Positions 1-10,516 of a DNA stretch of 64,000 bases are shown here, in pieces. The first letter of the stretch is position 1; the number at the start of each line of letters is the position of its first letter. Made by a program: the position numbers and the translations under genes. This DNA comes from an uncultured Acidobacteriota bacterium (GTDB taxonomy: Bacteria; Actinomycetota; Acidimicrobiia; Spongiisociales; ZC4RG35): the NCBI GenBank assembly GCA_963837055.1, contig CAWILU010000006.1, forward strand, positions 513,455-577,454, read 5' to 3'. The notes beneath the pieces were generated by a model. The model ran no database searches. It worked only from the letters and a program-made list of their open reading frames with translations, and was not told the DNA's origin.

Positions 1-57
1 CGGCGAGCAGCTTCTCCAGACGCTGGAGGACGTCGTCGCGTTCCAACAGTTGCATGG
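1..57 (-). CDS. 5' end (first 19 codons, MQLLERDDVLQRLEKLLA) of a gene running off the left edge of the window; product unknown
   Basis: The reverse complement of 1-57 begins with ATG and reads as an open frame to the window edge. It is divergent from the ABC gene at 93. No similarity call is possible from 19 aa. Confidence 0.2.
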
Positions 58-92
58 GGAGAAGATGGTAACGGGGGGCCGTTTTAGCTCCT

Positions 93-1010
93 ATGGGGAA
101 CCACCCCTATCCTCGGCGGGTGCTCGCCCTGAGAGACCTGCACAAGCGTTATGGCGACGTCGTCGCCCTCTCCGGCTGCACTTTCGAGGTCGATCGGGGC
201 CGGATGCTGGGCTTTCTCGGGCCGAACGGAGCCGGTAAGACCACTGCCATGCGCACCATCTTCGGTCTGGTCACCCCTGACTCCGGCGAAGTGACATGGG
301 AAGGCCGGCCAATCGGCATCGAGCAGAAAAGACGCTTCGGCTACATGCCCGAGCAGCGCGGCCTCTATCCCAAGATGAAGGCTCAGGACCAGCTCGCCTA
401 TCTGGGCCGGTTGCGGGGCATGGATGCAAAGGAAGCCCTTGCTTCCGCCGACCGCTGGTTGGAGCGACTCGGCCTGGCCGAGCGACGGGCTGACCGGGTC
501 GAAGTCCTCTCCCACGGCAATCAGCAGCGGGTGCAGCTGGCGGCGGCCCTGGTCCATGATCCCGACCTCTTGGTCATGGACGAGCCGTTCAGCGGGCTCG
601 ACCCGATCGCCACCGAGACCATGGCCGACATCCTCCGAGAGGAGGCGGAGCGGGGGAAGGCCGTCGTGTTCTCCTCACATCAGCTCGACCTGGTCGAGGA
701 CATCTGCGAGGAAGTGGCCATCATCAACGCCGGAGAGATCGTGGTCGAAGGCGACGTCCGTGAGTTGAAGGATGCCGCCCCGATCCGACATCTCGAAGTT
801 GAGCTCGACGGAGACATGGGGGATCTGTTCGACACCCTCGAAGGTGTCCGGGAGATCAGGTCCGTTGATCACGTGCACTCCGCCGTAATCGATGCCGGCA
901 CCGATGTCAGGAGCTTTCTGGCCCGCGCCGAGGGGATGGGACGGTTGCGCCATTTCGCGTACACGGCGCCGTCGCTCTCCGATCTCTTCCGTGAGGCGGT
1001 AAAGCGATGA
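93..1010 (+). CDS. ABC transporter ATP-binding protein (ABC-2 / daunorubicin-type exporter ATPase)
   Basis: Walker A GPNGAGKTT, ABC signature LSHGNQQRV and Walker B LLVMDEP are present. The stop overlaps the start of the downstream permease (ATGA). Confidence 0.9.
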   Translation: MGNHPYPRRVLALRDLHKRYGDVVALSGCTFEVDRGRMLGFLGPNGAGKTTAMRTIFGLVTPDSGEVTWEGRPIGIEQKRRFGYMPEQRGLYPKMKAQDQLAYLGRLRGMDAKEALASADRWLERLGLAERRADRVEVLSHGNQQRVQLAAALVHDPDLLVMDEPFSGLDPIATETMADILREEAERGKAVVFSSHQLDLVEDICEEVAIINAGEIVVEGDVRELKDAAPIRHLEVELDGDMGDLFDTLEGVREIRSVDHVHSAVIDAGTDVRSFLARAEGMGRLRHFAYTAPSLSDLFREAVKR

Positions 1011-2209
1011 GAACCGTGTGGCAGATCGCCATGCGTGAGATACGCGAGCACGGCCGGTCCAAGTCCTTCCTCATCACAACGCTGGTGACCCTCCTCTTGG
1101 TGGCAGCGCTGGTGATCGTTCCCGGCCTCATCGGTGGCGGCACATCCGAGTACACCGTCGGCGGTATCGGCGAGGGGAACGAGCCGATCGTCGCCGCGGC
1201 CGAACAGCTGGGCAACGCATCCGACGAGCCCGATGCCGAGCCGTCGGTGGCCATCGAGCTGGAGCCCTACGACGATCGAGCGGCGGCCGAGGCGGCCCTG
1301 GACGAGGGTGACCTGGACGCCGTCCTCATCGACGGGTCGGAAGTCATCGTGGAGAGTGTTGGCGGCTTCGGAGGCTCCGAACTAGTCACCCTCCTCCAGC
1401 AAGGGGCGGCTTCGGTCGAATTGGAGGCCATCGTCTCCGAAGGAGGCCAGGCGGCGGCCGACGTCATCGAGGTGATGACGTCCGATCCGCTGGAGACCAC
1501 CACCCTCTCCGGCCCCGACGAAGGCGACGACACGAGAGGCGCGGTGGCTTACGCCGGGCTCCTCCTCCTCTACATGGCGGTGCTGCTCTACGGGCAATGG
1601 ATGCTCAACGGAGTCACCGAGGAGAAATCGAACCGTGTCGTCGAGGTCCTTCTCTCCAGCGTCAAGCCGTGGCAGATCCTTGCAGGCAAGATCATCGGGA
1701 TCGGCTCCTTGGGGATCGCCCAGTTCGCCGGGACCATCCTCGTGGCGCTCCTCGCGGTGAACCTCACTGGTGCGCTCGAGCTGCCAAGCCTCGACCTGGT
1801 CACGGTGGCCAACCTCATCCTGTGGTTCATCCTCGGCTTCCTCCTGTTCGCGGTGATGTACGGCGCAGCCGGGTCCCTGGTCAGCCGTATGGAGGATGCT
1901 CAGAACGTGGCCTTCCCGATGTCGATGATCGCGGTCGCCGGGTTCTTCGTTTCGATCGCCGCGCTGGGAGATCCCGACGGCACAGTCGCCGTGATCGGCA
2001 CCTTCATCCCCTTCACCGCGCCGTTCGTGGTCCCGGTCAGGGCAGCTCTGGACGCCATCCCCGCCTGGCAGTACATCGCGGCCGTCGTGATCACCGTCGC
2101 CGCCATCGTCGTCCTGGTCCTGGTGGCCGGCCGCATCTATGCGGGCGGTCTGCTCCGATTCGGGAGCCGGGTCAAGCTCAGGGAGGCCTGGCGCTCGGCG
2201 GACGCCTGA
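1007..2209 (+). CDS. ABC-2 family transporter permease
   Basis: 400 aa. An N-terminal TM helix is followed by a long extracytoplasmic region and then about five C-terminal TM helices, the typical ABC-2 permease layout. It is translationally coupled to the upstream ATPase. Confidence 0.8.
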   Translation: MRTVWQIAMREIREHGRSKSFLITTLVTLLLVAALVIVPGLIGGGTSEYTVGGIGEGNEPIVAAAEQLGNASDEPDAEPSVAIELEPYDDRAAAEAALDEGDLDAVLIDGSEVIVESVGGFGGSELVTLLQQGAASVELEAIVSEGGQAAADVIEVMTSDPLETTTLSGPDEGDDTRGAVAYAGLLLLYMAVLLYGQWMLNGVTEEKSNRVVEVLLSSVKPWQILAGKIIGIGSLGIAQFAGTILVALLAVNLTGALELPSLDLVTVANLILWFILGFLLFAVMYGAAGSLVSRMEDAQNVAFPMSMIAVAGFFVSIAALGDPDGTVAVIGTFIPFTAPFVVPVRAALDAIPAWQYIAAVVITVAAIVVLVLVAGRIYAGGLLRFGSRVKLREAWRSADA

Positions 2210-2233
2210 GGCGCTCCGTAGAATCGGGCGCTC

Positions 2234-2629
2234 GTGGCATACGACGAGGCTCTAGCCGACCGGGTACGGGAGGTGCTCGGTGACAATCCTGAGATCACCG
2301 AACGGAAGATGTTCGGTGGCATCGCCTTCATGTTCGCGGGGAACATGGCGGTCGGGGTCAGCAAGCACGAACTCATGGTGCGGATCGACCCGGACGACCA
2401 GGATGAGGCAATCTCTCGACCGGGTGTCCGGGTCTTCGACATGAGCGGGCGGCCGATGAAAGGCTGGATCCTGGTCGCGCCCGAGGTCATCGAGGAGGGC
2501 CCGGGGCTTCGGGAATGGGTCGATGTGGGGCTCGACTTCGCCGGCTCTCTCCCCCCAAATAGGCTGGCCGGGTGGGCTACCAGCACATCGAGATCGAACG
2601 GGATGGCCATCTGGCCACGCTCTGGCTGA
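2234..2629 (+). CDS. TfoX N-terminal domain-containing protein
   Basis: MFGGIAFMFAGNM matches the TfoX_N motif; about 110-130 aa. The 3' end passes through a C6 homopolymer (2551-2556); a C5 count would give the ending ...SLPPK* at 2559-2561, clear of the downstream gene start, so the true stop is uncertain. Confidence 0.55.
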   Translation: MAYDEALADRVREVLGDNPEITERKMFGGIAFMFAGNMAVGVSKHELMVRIDPDDQDEAISRPGVRVFDMSGRPMKGWILVAPEVIEEGPGLREWVDVGLDFAGSLPPNRLAGWATSTSRSNGMAIWPRSG

Positions 2630-3382
2630 ATCGGCCGGACAAGCGCAATGCCATGTCCAGCGACATGTGGCAGGACATACCTGCGGCCATGGCCGAGATA
2701 GATGCAGACGATTCGGTGCGGGTCGTGGTCCTTGCCGCCCGCGGGCCGGCTTTCTCTGTCGGAATCGACATCGGCCTCCTCGCCTCACTTCAGCCGGGAG
2801 AGGGATCGAGAGCCGAGTCCAGCATGAAGCTGTACCGCACCATCAAGGAGATGCAACAGACCGCGAGCTGTTTTGCCTCCTCCCCCCGACCGGTTATCGC
2901 CGCCATCCAGGGCTATTGCCTCGGTGCGGGCATGGACCTGATCACTGCTTGTGACATCCGAATCGCCGCCCAGGACGCCATATTTCTCGATACGTGAGAC
3001 CCGGATGGGCCTGGTAGCCGACATCGGCACGCTGCAACGTCTGCCCGCCATCGTCGGTACCGGGCACGCCGCCGAGCTCGCCTACACCGGGAAAGACATC
3101 GACGCCGACCGGGCCAAAGCGATCGGCTTGGTCAACGATGTGGTGGCCTCGGCGGAGACCGCCCTCGACGCGGCAAGGGCGATCGCTACACAGATCGCCG
3201 AGAACTCCCCGCTCGTCGTTCAAGGCATCAAGACGGCACTCGCCGCCAACGAATCGCGGACAGTGGAACAGGCCCTCGACAACGCGGCGCAGTGGAATGC
3301 CGCCTTCCTCATCTCCAACGATCTGACTGAGGCGGTCACGGCCTTCGTCGAGAAACGCAGACCAAACTTCACCGGCACCTGA
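2572..3382 (+). pseudogene. enoyl-CoA hydratase/isomerase (crotonase family), reading frame broken by a single frameshift near 2985-2995
   Basis: The N-terminal ORF 2572-2997 (HIEIERDGHLATLWLNRPDKRNAM ... CDIRIAAQDAIF) and the C-terminal ORF 2951-3382 (FSIRETRMGLVADIGTLQRLP ... EKRRPNF) together form one complete crotonase, but in two frames. The start codon is GTG. Confidence 0.75.
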
Positions 3383-3435
3383 GTGGAACCACTGGCGATG
3401 ACCGGGCGTTCGTCTGGTTCTACGGAAGGAACGAT

Positions 3436-4227
3436 GTGAAGTCACGATTCGCCTTTGCCACGCTGACGGTGTCGCTTCTCGTGCTCGGCGCCTGCGGCGG
3501 TGAGGAGGCCCTCTCGACGACCACCTCCACCACCCCCCTCGTGACAACGACTTCCTTGGTCGCCACCACGACGACCTCCATCGCGGCTACGACCAGCACG
3601 AGCGCGGGGACGCCAACGACCACCCCGACGGCAACCACCGTCCCCGGCGAGCCGGGACTGCCTGGCGAGCCGATCGACTTCGGGCCTGCGAGCGGCGACA
3701 CCCTTGCCGTCGTCGGGGTCGCCCACGACGATGTCTTGAATCTGCGGGCCGCCCCCGGCGCCGACCAACAGATCCTCGCCGGGATCCCGCCGACTTTCGA
3801 CGACCTGACCGCCCTCGGTCAGACCCGCGAGCTGCCGGGCTCGTTCTGGATCGGGGTCGATTACCAGGGCACCGAAGGCTGGGTGAACCTCCGGTACATC
3901 GGGTATCTCGGCGACACCACCGACATCACCCATGCTGTCAACGAGCAATTAGGTGGACCTCCTGGCGCAGAGACGATGCTCGACCTGGGCATGATCGTGG
4001 CCCAGGGCATTGCCGGTGACACAACGGCCGACATCGTGATGAGCGTGGCTCCGACCGTGGGTGATCTCGGCGAAGTCACGTTCGACATCACCGGTTTGGA
4101 AGATGACTCCGTTCGCGGGGGCCGGGTCCACGTGTTCGGCCAGCCGATCGACGACGCCTTTCTGCTCCTTTCCGTCGAGCAAACCGTGATATGCGCCAGG
4201 GGCGTCGACGATGGCGCCTGCGTCTGA
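3436..4227 (+). CDS. secreted lipoprotein with a Thr-rich low-complexity linker and a C-terminal SH3-like/beta-rich domain
   Basis: Signal peptide with lipobox LLVLGAC|GG, followed by roughly 60 aa of T/S/P-rich linker. No enzyme motif is present. Confidence 0.55.
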   Translation: MKSRFAFATLTVSLLVLGACGGEEALSTTTSTTPLVTTTSLVATTTTSIAATTSTSAGTPTTTPTATTVPGEPGLPGEPIDFGPASGDTLAVVGVAHDDVLNLRAAPGADQQILAGIPPTFDDLTALGQTRELPGSFWIGVDYQGTEGWVNLRYIGYLGDTTDITHAVNEQLGGPPGAETMLDLGMIVAQGIAGDTTADIVMSVAPTVGDLGEVTFDITGLEDDSVRGGRVHVFGQPIDDAFLLLSVEQTVICARGVDDGACV

Positions 4228-4295
4228 TCGACCCGCCGGGAAAGGGCACACCTCATGGTGATTAGGTTGTCCAGACAGCCTTCGGAGGAGTTCTG

Positions 4296-5492
4296 ATGCA
4301 AGGTCACAAGGTCACGATGCTGGGCACCGGTCTCATCGGTGACTTCTACACGGCCACCCTCCACGGGCCCCGTACCCGCGATTCCGTGGGCGTCGTCTAC
4401 TCCCGCTCCGAGGAGCGGGGCAAGGCGTTCTCTGATCGCTGGGACATTCCCGCGCACACCACGTCGCTAGAGGACGCGATCAATCATCCCGAAACGGACG
4501 TGGTGGTGGTCGGCCTCCCCAATTTCCTCCACGAGGAAGCCATCACTCTCACCGCCGAAGCGGGCAAGGCAGTGCTGGTCACCAAGCCGCTGGCGAGGGA
4601 CGCTGCGGAGGCGAAGCGAATCCTGGAGCGAGTCGAGGCGTCGGGAGTGTTCGGGGGATATCTCGAAGACCTGGTGTACACGCCGAAATCGATGAAAGCA
4701 GTCGACTCGGTCGCCGCCGGGGCGATAGGTGACGTGACCTGGGTGCGGGCGCGGGAGACTCATCCCGGGCCGCACAGCGCCTGGTTCTGGGACAAGGAAA
4801 AGGCGGGTGGCGGCGCCATCGTCGATCTCGGGTGCCACTGCATCGAGATCATCCGCTGCTTCGTCGGGAAGAACAACCGACCCGTAGAGGTGATGGCTTG
4901 GGCTGACACCCTTGTCCATCCGATCCAGGCCGAGGACAACGCCGTCGTCCTGATCCGATTCGAGTCGGGCGCTCTAGGCCAGTTCGAGGTGAGCTGGACC
5001 TTCCGCGGTGGGATGGACCTCCGCGACGAGGTAGCGGGAACCGAGGGGACGATCTGGCTCAACCACTTCCTGCGCACCGGGTATGAGATGTACAGCTCGG
5101 GCGGGGGTGGTGGCTACGTGGCAGAGAAGCTGGAATCGAACGAGGGCTGGCTCTTTCCGGTAGGTGACGAGATCGGCGAACTGGGTTACTCAGCGATGTT
5201 CGCCGACATGTTCGACTCGCTCGACGCCGGGAAGGCACCGAGGGAGACGCTCTACGACGGATACGTGGTCAACGCGATCATGGACGCGGCCTACGCGTCA
5301 GCCGCCTCCCGAGAGTGGGAATCTGTGGACGTGGAGTGGAGAGGCGGGTCGACTTCGCGCATCGCCAAGACGGCGCAGACCCACGACGGGCACGCCATCG
5401 TCAAAGAGGAGACCCTTCCCGATGGGAGACGCAAGCTGATCCTGAGTGACAAGGACACCGGTTCGGTGTTCGATCTCGTCACATCAGGGTGA
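4296..5492 (+). CDS. Gfo/Idh/MocA family NAD(P)-dependent oxidoreductase
   Basis: N-terminal Rossmann fold ([13 protein letters not shown]), the EKP motif (LVTKPLA) and a C-terminal alpha/beta domain typical of the family. The stop overlaps the next gene start (ATGA). Confidence 0.85.
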   Translation: MQGHKVTMLGTGLIGDFYTATLHGPRTRDSVGVVYSRSEERGKAFSDRWDIPAHTTSLEDAINHPETDVVVVGLPNFLHEEAITLTAEAGKAVLVTKPLARDAAEAKRILERVEASGVFGGYLEDLVYTPKSMKAVDSVAAGAIGDVTWVRARETHPGPHSAWFWDKEKAGGGAIVDLGCHCIEIIRCFVGKNNRPVEVMAWADTLVHPIQAEDNAVVLIRFESGALGQFEVSWTFRGGMDLRDEVAGTEGTIWLNHFLRTGYEMYSSGGGGGYVAEKLESNEGWLFPVGDEIGELGYSAMFADMFDSLDAGKAPRETLYDGYVVNAIMDAAYASAASREWESVDVEWRGGSTSRIAKTAQTHDGHAIVKEETLPDGRRKLILSDKDTGSVFDLVTSG

Positions 5493-6166
5493 GCCTCGGG
5501 CTAGAGGTATTCCCGGTCGAGGATTGGCCCCGCCGGGTCGCCGGCATGCTGGCCCGGGCGACGACGGGCACCATGGGTCTGCGCCTCTGCCTCGCCACCG
5601 GCAACACCACCCGACCCGTCTATCAACAGACCGCCCTCGAGAGCCAGCCAGAGATCTTCCTGCTCGACGAGTTCGGCGGGCTACCCCGTGATGACCCGGC
5701 GAGGTGTGCCGCCATGCTCCGGCGGGATCTGCCCGGACATCACTTTCACGCCCCTGACGTCGACGCGGCCGACCCGGTCGCGGCGGCCGGCGATTACGCC
5801 CGGATCATCGGCGATGGAAGCCTCGATCTGGCACTGGTGGGACTTGGCCGCAACGGCCATCTCGGGATGAACGAGCCGGGGTCCGCCAGGGACTCGATCA
5901 CGAGGGTGGTGAATCTGGCCGACTCGACCAGCGACGGCGCTTCAGCCTATGGGGCCTCGACCCGGCCCGAGTGGGGCATCACTGTTGGCATTGGCGAATT
6001 GATGGCCGCCGAGGAGCTGTGGCTGGTGGTCACGGGAGCCCACAAACGGCAGATCCTGGCCGCGGCCATGAGTGGACCGATCGGCCCCGACCTACCGGCC
6101 TCGTTCCTGAGGGAGCACCCCAACGCCGTGGTGCTGGCCGACCGCGCCGCCGTCGATAACCACTAG
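5489..6166 (+). CDS. nagB: glucosamine-6-phosphate deaminase / 6-phosphogluconolactonase family protein (NagB-like)
   Basis: [15 protein letters not shown] matches the NagB active-site region G-x-G-x-DGH-x-A-F-NEP; 225 aa. Confidence 0.6.
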   Translation: MSLGLEVFPVEDWPRRVAGMLARATTGTMGLRLCLATGNTTRPVYQQTALESQPEIFLLDEFGGLPRDDPARCAAMLRRDLPGHHFHAPDVDAADPVAAAGDYARIIGDGSLDLALVGLGRNGHLGMNEPGSARDSITRVVNLADSTSDGASAYGASTRPEWGITVGIGELMAAEELWLVVTGAHKRQILAAAMSGPIGPDLPASFLREHPNAVVLADRAAVDNH

Positions 6167-7065
6167 GTAGCGAAGCTGAGCCAGCGGGCAGGGTTGTGCA
6201 CATAGATCAGATCCAGGGCCTCCTCATCCAGGCCATGCTCGATGAGTAGCGATCGAAATCCCGTGTTGATCCAGGCCAAACCGGGAGACCCTCCCAGCGT
6301 TGCCCACAGGGACCGGCGTGCGCCGTCGGTTCCGATCAGGAGTTGAGCGCCGAACCCATCTTTGCTCAGGCCGGCGAGGAGACGGGCTGTCCGTTCCGGC
6401 TGACGAAGACCCTGATCGAAACAGAGGGACACTCCAGTCTCCAAGAGACTCCGGTGGTAACCCGGGTCGTCGACCTTGTCCGTGTGTGACATGGCAACCC
6501 GGGTCAAGGGCATCCCGAATGCAGCCATGAGCTCGATTTGAGCCAGACCGCCCTCGCCCCCTTCGCAATGGGTGAGCACGGGCACCCCGGTCGCCTCGAC
6601 GGTGAGAACCGACGCCTCGACCAGCCGTTCCTCGAGCGCTGTTGGAGCCAGTCCGGAAGTGGCGATCTTGATCAGTCCGGCCGGCGAAACAGGGCTGTTG
6701 ACGACGGCAACGAACTCCGACGCGAGCTCGTCCGCCGCCGCGGTCAGATGCCAATCGTCCTGCTCGTAGTACTTGGCGGTGTGCATCCCGGTGGAGGCGA
6801 TCACGTTGATTCCGGTGCCGAGAGAGACATCGGAGAGTCGGGCCGGGTCGCCGCCCGAGCCGATCGGCATCGCGTCGACGAGTGTCCCCACCCCGGCACC
6901 GGCGAGCTCGAGGGATTCGGCGATGGCCTCACTCACCGAGGGCAGATGGATGTGGGGCCATTCCGCTTCGACTCTGGGACTGTCGATGATCAGGTGTTCG
7001 TGGGCCAGGGCCACACCGAGCTGTTCCGGCTCGATATCGCCGAGGACGGTGCGGGCCAATGGCAT
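6163..7065 (-). CDS. phosphotriesterase-related (PTE/Php family) metal-dependent hydrolase, probable lactonase
   Basis: The N-terminal LGVALAHEHL motif (first His pair of the binuclear metal site) sits in an amidohydrolase TIM barrel. The start ATG at 7063-7065 overlaps the stop of the upstream FAD oxidoreductase (ATGA). The longer track ORF (to 7200) is an in-frame 5' extension. Confidence 0.8.
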   Translation of the reverse strand: MPLARTVLGDIEPEQLGVALAHEHLIIDSPRVEAEWPHIHLPSVSEAIAESLELAGAGVGTLVDAMPIGSGGDPARLSDVSLGTGINVIASTGMHTAKYYEQDDWHLTAAADELASEFVAVVNSPVSPAGLIKIATSGLAPTALEERLVEASVLTVEATGVPVLTHCEGGEGGLAQIELMAAFGMPLTRVAMSHTDKVDDPGYHRSLLETGVSLCFDQGLRQPERTARLLAGLSKDGFGAQLLIGTDGARRSLWATLGGSPGLAWINTGFRSLLIEHGLDEEALDLIYVHNPARWLSFAT

Positions 7066-8423
7066 CAGGGCAGCTCGAGGATCGCCCCGGAGGCACGCAA
7101 CGAGTCGCGCAGGGTCGCGGTGTCGACTGCGCGCACTTCTCCGCCTGCCGCTACGGCCAGGGCTGCTGCAGTCCCGGCTGCCTGGCCCATTGCCATGCAT
7201 TGGGCCATCGATCTGATCGAGGCCTGGGCGTCATGCGTGGCCGAGAAGCACCTGCCCGCCACGAGGACATTGGCCGCATCCCGCACCACCAGGCTGGCGA
7301 GAGGGATCCCCACCGCGGTGCCCTCGGGGAGGTATTCCCATTTCGTCGTCTTGCCGGGGATGTGGTCTTCGATGGGCGCTCCACACAGCCCGATCTGATC
7401 ATCGAACTGACGGGCACCGAGCACGTCCTCCCGGGTCACCCGGTAATCCCCGAAGACTCGCCTCGTCTCCCTCATTCCGATCTGGCTGCTCAAAGCGGCC
7501 AGCGAAGCCTTCTCATAGCCGGGAACCCGGTCGATGAGGAAGCGTGCATATTCCAGGGCCTGTCGCCGGCCCTCCATCTCGGCTCGGGACAACACGTTCG
7601 GATCGGTGGCATTGATGACCCGCCCATCCGGATCCGTCGCCACGTGCTCGATCCTCGTCATCACCGTGGCGGTCACCCCGTCGACCGGGGTGATGTGATC
7701 ACTGCCCTCGCGGCGTGGCAGTTCGTAGTCCCCGGATTCGGCCGCCTCCTCCATCAACTCGTGAAGTCGAGACTTGTCCACCGTGCGACGGCGCTCATGG
7801 TCGACATTGACCATGCGAAACGTGGTGGTCAGCGTCTGCGCCGGGTCCGTCTCGCCGGCAAGCTCGTATCCGAATCCGGCGTGGTGACATACATCGGCGT
7901 CGCCCGAGGCGTCGACGATCACGGAGCCGGTGAAATCGGTGAGCCCCGCCTTGGTGGCCACGAGGAGCCGGTTGACCCGATCGTCATCCACAGTCGCGTC
8001 CTGGACGAAGGCGTGAAGCAGGACCGAAGCGCCTGCGGCCACGACGAGGCTCTCCCAGACCACCTTGAGATGTTCGGCCAGATAGGTGACGCCGGTGCCG
8101 GCGCCATAGGTATTGGGACGCTCCACCACTGGGCCGAGGCGGCGGAGGCCGGACACGACATCGTCGCCAATCCCGCCCACCACTTTGATGGACCGCTCTC
8201 CCGGTGTGTAGAAGCCGTAGAAGGTGTCGAGCACCGCCGTCGAGTTGCCCCCGAGGAAAGGGAGCTTCTCGATGAGGAGGGTCCTCGCCCCGGCCCGGGC
8301 GGAAGCGATCGCGGCCGACGACCCGGCCGCGCCCGACCCGACCACGATTACGTCATATTTGGGTCGTAAGTGGTGAGTCTTGAAGTGGTGGGTCCTGCAC
8401 TCGACAACCTCGACACTCACCAC
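7065..8423 (-). CDS. FAD-dependent oxidoreductase (FAD_oxidored / GIDA-like family)
   Basis: Dinucleotide-binding motif YDVIVVGSGAAGSSAA near the N-terminus; 452 aa; translationally coupled to the PTE gene. Confidence 0.8.
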   Translation of the reverse strand: MVSVEVVECRTHHFKTHHLRPKYDVIVVGSGAAGSSAAIASARAGARTLLIEKLPFLGGNSTAVLDTFYGFYTPGERSIKVVGGIGDDVVSGLRRLGPVVERPNTYGAGTGVTYLAEHLKVVWESLVVAAGASVLLHAFVQDATVDDDRVNRLLVATKAGLTDFTGSVIVDASGDADVCHHAGFGYELAGETDPAQTLTTTFRMVNVDHERRRTVDKSRLHELMEEAAESGDYELPRREGSDHITPVDGVTATVMTRIEHVATDPDGRVINATDPNVLSRAEMEGRRQALEYARFLIDRVPGYEKASLAALSSQIGMRETRRVFGDYRVTREDVLGARQFDDQIGLCGAPIEDHIPGKTTKWEYLPEGTAVGIPLASLVVRDAANVLVAGRCFSATHDAQASIRSMAQCMAMGQAAGTAAALAVAAGGEVRAVDTATLRDSLRASGAILELP

Positions 8424-8430
8424 CCGCCAC

Positions 8431-9345
8431 TTATTTCACATATGGGCTGAGCACGTCTCGGGCGAGGAGGAAGCCTCGCTTCACCAGCTCGTCCGTCTTC
8501 TCGAAGTCGCGGTCCTCGTGCTCGATGATGATCGGCCCGTCGTACCCGACCCGGTACAGCGCGGAGAACACCCGCCCCCACTCGACGTCCCCGAGCCCGG
8601 GAAGCCGGGGTACCTGCCATCCGATCCCGGAGGACAGGGTGCCGTTCTCGTAGAGCCCGGAATAGTCGATCATCACGTCCTTCGCCTGGAAGTGATAGAA
8701 ACGCTCACCGAACTCCGCGATGGCTCCCTCGATGTCGATCATCAGCCAGACGAGGTGGGAGGGATCGAAGTTGAGACCGATCGTCTCCCCGAACTCCTCG
8801 AACATCCGCCGCCAGATCCTCGGGTTGTAGGCGAGGTTGTGACCCGAGGGCCACTCATCCTTCGAGAAGATCATCGGGCAGTTCTCGATCGCGATTCTGA
8901 TGCCATGCTCCTCGGCCCAGGAGATGATCTCGGGCCAAACCTTGGTGGCGTCTTCCCAGTTCTCGTCCTGGGTTTTGCCGCGGTCCGCGCCCATGAAGGT
9001 GTTGACCACCGGGACTTCCATCTTCGAGGCCGCAGTGATCACTTTCTTGAGGTGGTCGATCACGGTCCGGCGGTGCTCGGCGTCGGGATGGAGCGGATTC
9101 GGGTAGTAGCCGAGACCCGAGATCTCGAGGCCACGCTGGGTCATGGCGCCGGCGATATCGGCGGCCTGGCCGTCCGAGATGCCGTCGACGTCGATGTGGC
9201 TGGTACCGGCATACCTTCGGGTGTCAGCACCCGATGCGGGCCAGGCGGCGATCTCGATCGTGGTGAAGCCGTTGTCGGCCGTCCAGTCGGCCACCTCGTC
9301 CAGTGGGGTGTCGGGGAAAGGGGCGGTCAACAGGCCGAGTTTCAT
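8431..9345 (-). CDS. sugar phosphate isomerase/epimerase (xylose isomerase-like TIM barrel)
   Basis: 304 aa with the AP-endonuclease-2 / xylose isomerase-like fold: IAIENCP, FDPSHL and HEDRDFE metal-ligand style motifs. Confidence 0.85.
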   Translation of the reverse strand: MKLGLLTAPFPDTPLDEVADWTADNGFTTIEIAAWPASGADTRRYAGTSHIDVDGISDGQAADIAGAMTQRGLEISGLGYYPNPLHPDAEHRRTVIDHLKKVITAASKMEVPVVNTFMGADRGKTQDENWEDATKVWPEIISWAEEHGIRIAIENCPMIFSKDEWPSGHNLAYNPRIWRRMFEEFGETIGLNFDPSHLVWLMIDIEGAIAEFGERFYHFQAKDVMIDYSGLYENGTLSSGIGWQVPRLPGLGDVEWGRVFSALYRVGYDGPIIIEHEDRDFEKTDELVKRGFLLARDVLSPYVK

Positions 9346-9355
9346 GGGATCCTCC

Positions 9356-10510
9356 TCATCGCTGGAGCGTCACCCAGCGCTGCTCGTCATTGCTGTCGGC
9401 CACCGCGTCGGTCACCAGGACCGCGTCGTGGCCATCGGAGAAGGTGGGATAGGCGGGCTTCGGCGACGGCCTGCCCGTCATGACGTCCTGGTACACCTGG
9501 CTGAACAGCGCCCGGAAGGTGTCCGGGAAGCCCTCGATGTGCCCGCCGGGATAGGCGATGAGGGCGGCTGCTTCCGGCGCGGCCAGCGCCGGGTCCCGGT
9601 GAAGGATCTCATTGGGGCGGCCCCGATGCCCGATCCAGAGGTCGTCGGGCCGCTCCGAGGACCATGACAGAGCAGATTCGCTTCCCGAAATCTCATACTG
9701 AACCGCGTTTCGACGCCCGGCAGACACCTGGGAAATGGTCACCGCCCCCCGTCCACCACCCTCGTAGCGAAGGAGGATCCCTGCCGCGTCGTCGCTCGTC
9801 ATCACCTCCTCGACCAGGTCCTGGTCTTCCCCAGCCACGGCGAAGGTCTCGACAGGGCCGGACGGATGACGACGCACCGGGACCAGCGTGTGCAGGTCGG
9901 CCATCACCGCCTCGACTCGCTTCCCGCTGATGAAGCGGGTCAGGTCGAGCCAGTGTGACCCGATGTCGGCGACGGCCCTCAACTCGCCCGCCTCTTCGGG
10001 TTGGAGCCGCCAATTCCAGTCGGTGTCCCGCAACAGCCAATCCTGGTGATAGGACCCGGTGATCAGGCGAACATCGCCGATGTCCCCGGCGGCGACCATC
10101 GACATGGCCTGGTGGTTGAGCGGGTAGAAGCGGATGTTGAAGCACACCGCGTTGACCAGACCGGTCTCCGCCGCCAACGCAACCAGATCGGCGGTGTCCT
10201 TGGCACCGAGCGCCAGCGGCTTCTCACACACCACGTGCTTGCCGGCCGCCAGGCAGATCCGGACCTGGTCGGCGTGGGCGTGATTGGGGCTGGTGATGTG
10301 AATGACGTCGATCGACGGATCGGCGGCCATGGCCTCGACCGACTCGTAGACACCTGGCAGGCCGGTCGCCTCGGCCTTGGCCCGCGCCCGCTCCGGGGTG
10401 GATCCGACGACGCCTGCCACCTCCACTCCGAGGCGGCGCAGGGCCTCGACATGGGCCACGCCGATGAACCCGATCCCGACCACTCCTGCCTTGATCTCGC
10501 GGTAACCCAT
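9356..10510 (-). CDS. Gfo/Idh/MocA family oxidoreductase
   Basis: Rossmann fold GVVGIGFIGVAHVEA plus EKPLAL; 384 aa. Confidence 0.85.
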   Translation of the reverse strand: MGYREIKAGVVGIGFIGVAHVEALRRLGVEVAGVVGSTPERARAKAEATGLPGVYESVEAMAADPSIDVIHITSPNHAHADQVRICLAAGKHVVCEKPLALGAKDTADLVALAAETGLVNAVCFNIRFYPLNHQAMSMVAAGDIGDVRLITGSYHQDWLLRDTDWNWRLQPEEAGELRAVADIGSHWLDLTRFISGKRVEAVMADLHTLVPVRRHPSGPVETFAVAGEDQDLVEEVMTSDDAAGILLRYEGGGRGAVTISQVSAGRRNAVQYEISGSESALSWSSERPDDLWIGHRGRPNEILHRDPALAAPEAAALIAYPGGHIEGFPDTFRALFSQVYQDVMTGRPSPKPAYPTFSDGHDAVLVTDAVADSNDEQRWVTLQR

Positions 10511-10516
10511 CTGGTG

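Noticed and set aside
84-557. Minus-strand ORFs overlapping the ABC ATPase gene (84-557, 675-953, 907-1254), and similar antisense ORFs throughout (for example 1597-2283, 2252-2788, 2942-3547, 3861-4457, 6538-7398, 7059-8369, 8380-9483, 10001-10540, 10665-11459, 12210-12884, 17250-18260, 40203-41294, 41641-42459, 61298-61990, 62964-63407, 63465-63959)
   Set aside because: Shadow ORFs expected in about 70% GC DNA. Each overlaps a gene with strong motif support on the other strand or frame.
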